In this document: one piece after another, positions 58,930 through 64,000 of the stretch
How positions within the stretch are numbered: the stretch's first letter is position 1
Layout of the letters: each line of letters begins with the position of its first letter
From: Nitrosarchaeum sp.
GTDB taxonomy: Archaea; Thermoproteota; Nitrososphaeria; Nitrososphaerales; Nitrosopumilaceae
Assembly: GCA_035455105.1 (NCBI GenBank)
Contig: DATIFS010000075.1
Location: 11,012 to 75,011, forward strand
Length of the DNA: 64,000 nt
Direction of reading: 5' to 3'
Made by a program: the position numbers and the translations under genes
The notes under the pieces: model-generated
Told to the model about the DNA's origin: nothing
The model's input: only the letters and a program-made list of their open reading frames with translations
Databases searched by the model: none

Positions 58930-59316
58930 ATGTCAGGAGATGAAATTGAAGTACCCAAAGAATTACGTGAATTTATGTTTGATGGAGCACGAGAAACTAT
59001 ACTTGGACAAAAAAATGGCGCAAAAAAACAATTTCGATATGGTAATTTACACATTAGAGAATATGATAATAAATTTCTAGTTCATACAGATAAAATTGAT
59101 CCTAGAAAAGATCCACTAGGACATTTAGTTTTTGATGCTCCAGAAGTTCTAATTGGATTATCATGTTTAATTCTCAGTGGTTCAAAAATAGCAAAAACAT
59201 TTCTAAATAATAACAAACCAAAAAAATCTACTATGACAGCTGTTGTTATTTCTTCTATAATTGCGGGATATGTTGGGTATGTTGCGACCAAAAAAATTAG
59301 AAATTATTTAGAATAA
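58930..59316 (+). CDS. Hypothetical membrane protein
   Basis: QFRYGNLHIREY...HTDKIDPRKDPLGHL followed by two TMs. Confidence 0.75.
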   Translation: MSGDEIEVPKELREFMFDGARETILGQKNGAKKQFRYGNLHIREYDNKFLVHTDKIDPRKDPLGHLVFDAPEVLIGLSCLILSGSKIAKTFLNNNKPKKSTMTAVVISSIIAGYVGYVATKKIRNYLE

Positions 59317-59317
59317 A

Positions 59318-60868
59318 ATGTCTACTGCAAGAACTATTCAAGTATTCATTAAACTATTTCCTTCAATTTTAGCACTACGAAAAGATAGAAGAAATTGGGT
59401 AAAAACAGAAGGCAGAGATATTGATTTAGAAAAATATCGTAAGAATGCACGTAAAGTTCTAAACACGTTTATCTCATTAGGACCTGTTTACATAAAATTA
59501 GGACAATGGCTTTCGTCACGAGCTGATATCTTACCACAACCGTATTTGGAAGAACTTGCTAAATTACAAGATAATGTTCCATCAGCTCCATTTGATCAAG
59601 TAAAACCAATAATTGAAAATGATATAGGATTAATTAATGAAAAATTTGATGATATAGATCCAAATCCTATATCTGGTGCATCTTTAGGTCAAGTTTACCG
59701 AGGGAAAATATCTGGTCAAGAAATTGTTGTTAAAGTAAAAAGGCCTGGAATTGAAAAAATTGTTGAAGAAGATCTCAAAGTCTTAAAAAAAATTCTTCCA
59801 ATAGCATTAAGGTTTGTAGATCCAAACTTACGTTATTCTGCAAAAGCTATGCTTTCTCAATTTATAGAAACAATACATGAAGAGATGGATTATACTATTG
59901 AATCGTCGAATCTTAAAAAAATAAAACATGATATGATAAAAAGCAACATAGTTATTCCTTCAGTTTATGATGAATATTCTTCAAAAAATGTACTTACAAT
60001 GGAATACATTCCTGGTATCAAAATTACTAATATTGAAGCCCTTAACGAAAAGGGTATTGACAGACAAAAACTAGTCATTGATGTACATAAAATCTTTTTT
60101 ACCATGCTCTTACGTTATTCGTTATTTCATGCAGATCCTCACCCAGGAAATATTTCGGTAACTGATGATGGAAAACTCATTCTATACGATTATGGAATGG
60201 TTGGAAGACTAGATAATGAAACAAGATTAAGATTAATCAGACTTTATCTTGCACTAGTTGAAAAAGATCCTCCAAGAACTGTAAATGCAATGGCTGATCT
60301 TGGAATGCTAACTCCTGATTTTAACAGATCAGTAATTGAAAAAGGAATAGAATTAGCTGTTGGTGCCATGCATGGAAGAAAACCAGATGAAATGGAAGTA
60401 CAAAGTTTAATGGAACTTGCAAACAAAACAATGAGTAAATTTCCATTTATTCTTCCAAAAAATCTAGCATTATACATGAGAATGGCTTCAATTATAGAAG
60501 GTATTTACAAAATACATAAAGTTGATTTTAAATTTGTTAAAGTATTAAGAGAAATTTTAGAAGAAGAACATTTGATTAAAGATGCATATATTGAAGAATT
60601 AAAATATTCTTTTCAAAGGTTTGCAAAATCCATAGATGCAACTATTTCAATTGCACCAGAACTGAAAAAATTCATTGATGAAAATAGATCAATTCAATTT
60701 TTAAATGCTAAACCAAAATCAAATGTTTTACTTTCTGGAAGCATTCTCTCATCTGCAATTTTTGTAGGTTCTTCTGTACTCTATGCATCTAATGAAAATA
60801 TGGGAATTATTGGAATGCTAGGTTCTTTGATAATAATGAGTATCTTTGTAATCTTTAGAAAACATTGA
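59318..60868 (+). CDS. ABC1/AarF/UbiB atypical kinase
   Basis: YIKLGQW, ASLGQVY, VKVKRP, FHADPHPGN, YDYGM and C-terminal TMs. Confidence 0.93.
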   Translation: MSTARTIQVFIKLFPSILALRKDRRNWVKTEGRDIDLEKYRKNARKVLNTFISLGPVYIKLGQWLSSRADILPQPYLEELAKLQDNVPSAPFDQVKPIIENDIGLINEKFDDIDPNPISGASLGQVYRGKISGQEIVVKVKRPGIEKIVEEDLKVLKKILPIALRFVDPNLRYSAKAMLSQFIETIHEEMDYTIESSNLKKIKHDMIKSNIVIPSVYDEYSSKNVLTMEYIPGIKITNIEALNEKGIDRQKLVIDVHKIFFTMLLRYSLFHADPHPGNISVTDDGKLILYDYGMVGRLDNETRLRLIRLYLALVEKDPPRTVNAMADLGMLTPDFNRSVIEKGIELAVGAMHGRKPDEMEVQSLMELANKTMSKFPFILPKNLALYMRMASIIEGIYKIHKVDFKFVKVLREILEEEHLIKDAYIEELKYSFQRFAKSIDATISIAPELKKFIDENRSIQFLNAKPKSNVLLSGSILSSAIFVGSSVLYASNENMGIIGMLGSLIIMSIFVIFRKH

Positions 60869-61255
60869 TTACTCTATTGAAATATCTTTTCCATGTTTTT
60901 TAACAGGAATTATAACTGTTAACACACCATGTTCATATTTTGCAGCATTTACCCCTTCTTCTTTTATATCAACTGGTAATCTTATTTTTTTATCTATGAT
61001 GTTAGGTCTTTGATTACAGATCATGTTGTGATCTTTTTTATCAGAAATATCTTTACATGCTTGAATACTAAGAATATTTTCTTCAAGTGATAGTTTGATA
61101 TCTTTTTTTACAAATCCTGGTAAATCAATTAATAATATTAATTTGTCATGTTCAATATACATATCCACTGGTGGTAAAACAAACTCATAAAACTCTCTTG
61201 ATTTATTTCCAATCTCTTTTATCATTTCTTTTGCTAGTGATTTAGCTATTCCCAT
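60869..61255 (-). CDS. Small heat-shock protein (Hsp20)
   Basis: PPVDMY...IDLPGF...AKYEHGVLTVIIP. Confidence 0.9.
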   Translation of the reverse strand: MGIAKSLAKEMIKEIGNKSREFYEFVLPPVDMYIEHDKLILLIDLPGFVKKDIKLSLEENILSIQACKDISDKKDHNMICNQRPNIIDKKIRLPVDIKEEGVNAAKYEHGVLTVIIPVKKHGKDISIE

Positions 61256-61323
61256 TTTGAAATAAATGCTTGATTTTTAGTTATAAACTTTGATTGACTG
61301 ATTTTTAGATAGACATCAATCTT

Positions 61324-61593
61324 CTATGCTATCACGGTAATCTCTGGCATTGACATGCCTCCATACCCTGGATCAATCTTTTGTTTTGGATTCAGTGAAG
61401 TATCATGATGACATGCTTTGTTACATACAGGACAAAATTTTCTATCAAGCACAATACATTGGCAAATGTGGTTTTTCACATATGCTTGTGCAGCCTGATT
61501 CCATTCGCCCGTTCCATTACAATATACACAAATATTTGACGAAATTGAGCCTGATCCTTTACAGAAATCACATCTGTCATCTTTCATGTCCAT
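61324..61593 (-). CDS. Small DnaJ-type zinc-finger protein
   Basis: CDFCKGSG and CVYCNGTG (CxxCxGxG twice), plus CQC...CPVC...CHH. Confidence 0.75.
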   Translation of the reverse strand: MDMKDDRCDFCKGSGSISSNICVYCNGTGEWNQAAQAYVKNHICQCIVLDRKFCPVCNKACHHDTSLNPKQKIDPGYGGMSMPEITVIA

Positions 61594-61775
61594 TGTAAAC
61601 CCTGTATCTTTATTTTTGAATCAATATATTTGAAGAGATTATCTTCTGACAACTAAATAAATTGGGTTTTTTACTCAGTATCAAAATATCTATTGATGTT
61701 TATTCCTAAGTATTCGTGAAATTTACATCATCTTGATAGATTTTTAATCAATTAATTTCTTTGACTTAATAACTT

Positions 61776-62357
61776 ATGATAGTTGTAATTGAAGGTGGAG
61801 ACCAAGCAGGCAAAAAAACTCAAACTGCATTATTAGCAAAAGCGTTAAAACAAAGAAAAATCAAAACTAGCACTTTTAGCTTTCCTGATTATAAAACACC
61901 CATAGGAAAAGAAATTGCAAAATATCTTGATGGTAAAAGAAAATTTCCGCCTCAAGTAATTCATTGTCTTTTGGCTGCAAATAGGTGGGAGAAACTAAAT
62001 GAAATTTTATTGGCACAATCGAAAAATTCTGTTTTAATTATGAATCGCTATTATCAATCTAATCTAATCTATGGTTTAGCAAATGGAATGAAACGCAAAT
62101 GGTTGGAAAACTTAGATTTTGGACTTCCAAAAGCAGATCTTGTAATTTTATTAGACGTTTCTCAAAATGAATCATTTCGTAGAAAAAAAACTAACAGAGA
62201 TAAATTTGAAAAAAATGAAGACTTCTTACGGAAAATATCAAAAATTTATAGAAATATTGCAAAAAAAGAACATTGGAAAATTATAGATGCATCAAAATCA
62301 AAGCAAGAAGTCCATAAAGATATTTTGAAAGTATTTACAAAGAAAATAGGCATATGA
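61776..62357 (+). CDS. tmk: Thymidylate kinase
   Basis: IEGGDQAGKKT, FSFPDY, MNRYYQS and PKADLVILLD. Confidence 0.93.
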   Translation: MIVVIEGGDQAGKKTQTALLAKALKQRKIKTSTFSFPDYKTPIGKEIAKYLDGKRKFPPQVIHCLLAANRWEKLNEILLAQSKNSVLIMNRYYQSNLIYGLANGMKRKWLENLDFGLPKADLVILLDVSQNESFRRKKTNRDKFEKNEDFLRKISKIYRNIAKKEHWKIIDASKSKQEVHKDILKVFTKKIGI

Positions 62358-63589
62358 AAAAAAATTATTTAGATATAGTAGATCCAATACATGATTTTAT
62401 TCGTGTTTATGATCATGAACTTAACATAATTGATACTCCTATGTTTCAGAGACTAAGACGAATTCGTCAGCTTTCTGGTGCTCATTTAACATATCCAGCA
62501 GCACAACATACTAGGTTTGAACATTCTTTGGGTGTTATGCATATTGCAAGTCAAGCTGGTCAAGCTCTAAATGAAAAAGGAATTTTAAAATTAGATGATA
62601 TTGAAATTTTAAGACTTGCAGGACTTTTACATGATATAGGTCATGGACCGTTCTCACATCTTTTTGAGGAAGTAATACAACAAAAAAAATTCTCACATGA
62701 AGATTTTGGTAAAGAAATTATTTTAAAATCTGAAATTGGCGATAGTTTATCAAAAAATGGATTTGATAAAAAACTCATCACAAAAGTAGCTTTTGGTGAT
62801 TCTAAATTACAATATATGAATGAAATTATTTCAGGAGCGTTAAGTGCTGATATGATGGATTACTTGTTAAGGGATGGTTATTTTACTGGCGCTGAACACG
62901 CACAAATTGATCACAAAAGAATAACACAGTCCCTAGATGTACATCAGAAAAAATTAGCTTTAGAAAAATCAGCACTGTATTCTTTTGAATCTATGATGCA
63001 TTCTCGTTATCAAATGTTTAAGGCTGTATATTTTCATAAAACTGTTAGAGCAGCAGAAGTTATGCTTTTAGAAGCATTACGGTTATCTTCGGATGAATTT
63101 GGTTTTACATCTTTTAACATTAATGAATATGTAAAACTTACAGACGAATACGTATTATCTACACTCATTTCATCAAAATCATCTAAATTAAGACGTGCTA
63201 GACAATTTGCTGAAGATTATCAAAATAGAAAATTACTAAAATGTGTATTTGAACGAATTTTGACTAGTAGAACGAATTTAGGAAAAGCTAAAACTAGTGA
63301 ATTGAGGGCAACAATATCAAAAAAATCCAAAATAGATGAAAATGAAATTTTTGTTGATAGTTCTGTTACTCCATCAATTCCACTTGCCCCATCAAAAAAT
63401 GAATCAAAATGTATTATTTTAATAACAAATGAAAATGGAAAGTCAACTGCCCAAGAAATGCCTATATCACAAATTCCTGTCGTTTCTGCAATATCTGGTT
63501 TTATGAATATTCTTCGAGTATATACACACCAAAAGAACAGAAAAAAAGTTGAAATTGCCGCAAAATCAATCCTTGGTGGCTTAAAGTAA
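62354..63589 (+). CDS. HD-domain dNTP triphosphohydrolase (SAMHD1-like)
   Basis: [30 protein letters not shown] and DMMDYLLRD. Confidence 0.9.
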   Translation: MKKNYLDIVDPIHDFIRVYDHELNIIDTPMFQRLRRIRQLSGAHLTYPAAQHTRFEHSLGVMHIASQAGQALNEKGILKLDDIEILRLAGLLHDIGHGPFSHLFEEVIQQKKFSHEDFGKEIILKSEIGDSLSKNGFDKKLITKVAFGDSKLQYMNEIISGALSADMMDYLLRDGYFTGAEHAQIDHKRITQSLDVHQKKLALEKSALYSFESMMHSRYQMFKAVYFHKTVRAAEVMLLEALRLSSDEFGFTSFNINEYVKLTDEYVLSTLISSKSSKLRRARQFAEDYQNRKLLKCVFERILTSRTNLGKAKTSELRATISKKSKIDENEIFVDSSVTPSIPLAPSKNESKCIILITNENGKSTAQEMPISQIPVVSAISGFMNILRVYTHQKNRKKVEIAAKSILGGLK

Positions 63590-64000
63590 TGAAAAAACGA
63601 ATTGTCATAAAACTTTCAGGACGAATTTTTGGTATGGATAATACAAAAATGTTAAAAGACTATGCAACATTTCTAGTCAAAATTAGTAAAATATGCCAAC
63701 CAATAGTCATTGCAGGTGGCGGAAATATTGCTAGACATTACATTAACCATGCAAGATCTTCAGGAGCTGATGAATCTACACTAGATGAACTTGGAATAGA
63801 AATTTCTAGATTAAATGCAAAACTTTTGATTTATGCATTAAAAAATAAAGCATATTCTCATCCACCAACAACATTACAAGAAGTAAGACATGCAGTAGAT
63901 GACGGTTTAATTGTAGTTGCAGGCGGATTGCATCCTGGCCAAAGTACTAATGGAACTGCAGCCCTTATTGCCGAAAAAATTAACGCAGAACAATTTCTTA
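63589..64000 (+). CDS. pyrH: UMP kinase, 5' part only; runs off the window edge
   Basis: Manual translation gives [14 protein letters not shown]...IAGGGNIAR...[12 protein letters not shown]...[19 protein letters not shown]. Confidence 0.93.
   Translation, partial: MKKRIVIKLSGRIFGMDNTKMLKDYATFLVKISKICQPIVIAGGGNIARHYINHARSSGADESTLDELGIEISRLNAKLLIYALKNKAYSHPPTTLQEVRHAVDDGLIVVAGGLHPGQSTNGTAALIAEKINAEQFL

Noticed and set aside
61683-61748. Possible C/D-box sRNA on the minus strand (ATGATGT ... CTGA)
   Set aside because: Box C is imperfect, there are no convincing C'/D' boxes or terminal stem, and the putative guides are very AT-rich.
1-64000. CRISPR arrays, IS elements, rRNA and defence islands
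   Set aside because: I saw no regularly spaced repeats, transposase or integrase motifs, long GC-rich structured RNA, or recognisable defence genes.

Overview
This is a very AT-rich, gene-dense archaeal chromosome segment from an ammonia-oxidising thaumarchaeote (Nitrosopumilaceae, Nitrosopumilus/Nitrosarchaeum-like). The taxonomic call rests on the gene set: archaeal RpoL-TFS-PCNA, egsA, psmB-aCPSF1, the pok-pps-panB-coaBC CoA operon, archaeal-type TyrRS, cobalamin genes cbiH and bluB, a cupredoxin and frequent TTG starts. It contains about 75 CDS, including a partial rnz at the left edge and a partial pyrH at the right edge, plus tRNA-Val(GAC) and tRNA-Arg(CCT), the latter with a 19-nt D-loop intron. 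I saw no CRISPR array, integrase, transposase or rRNA. The most notable items from reading the sequence are: (i) a soluble stand-alone MtrA-like corrinoid protein coupled to a DegT aminotransferase and converging on a dimeric dUTPase and a PfkB kinase; (ii) five small ORFs missing from the ORF track, including a 37-aa metallothionein-like peptide and a tandem pair of paralogous ~50-aa proteins; (iii) a divergent LDH/MDH-family enzyme with a remodelled substrate loop inside a CBS/HTH/VIT1/Usp cluster; (iv) a Cache-HAMP class III cyclase facing a degenerate P-II; (v) an ABC ATPase whose Walker A lies upstream of any canonical start codon, most likely initiating at CTG; and (vi) several candidate operator repeats. 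Family assignments come from motif recognition by eye; no database searches were run.
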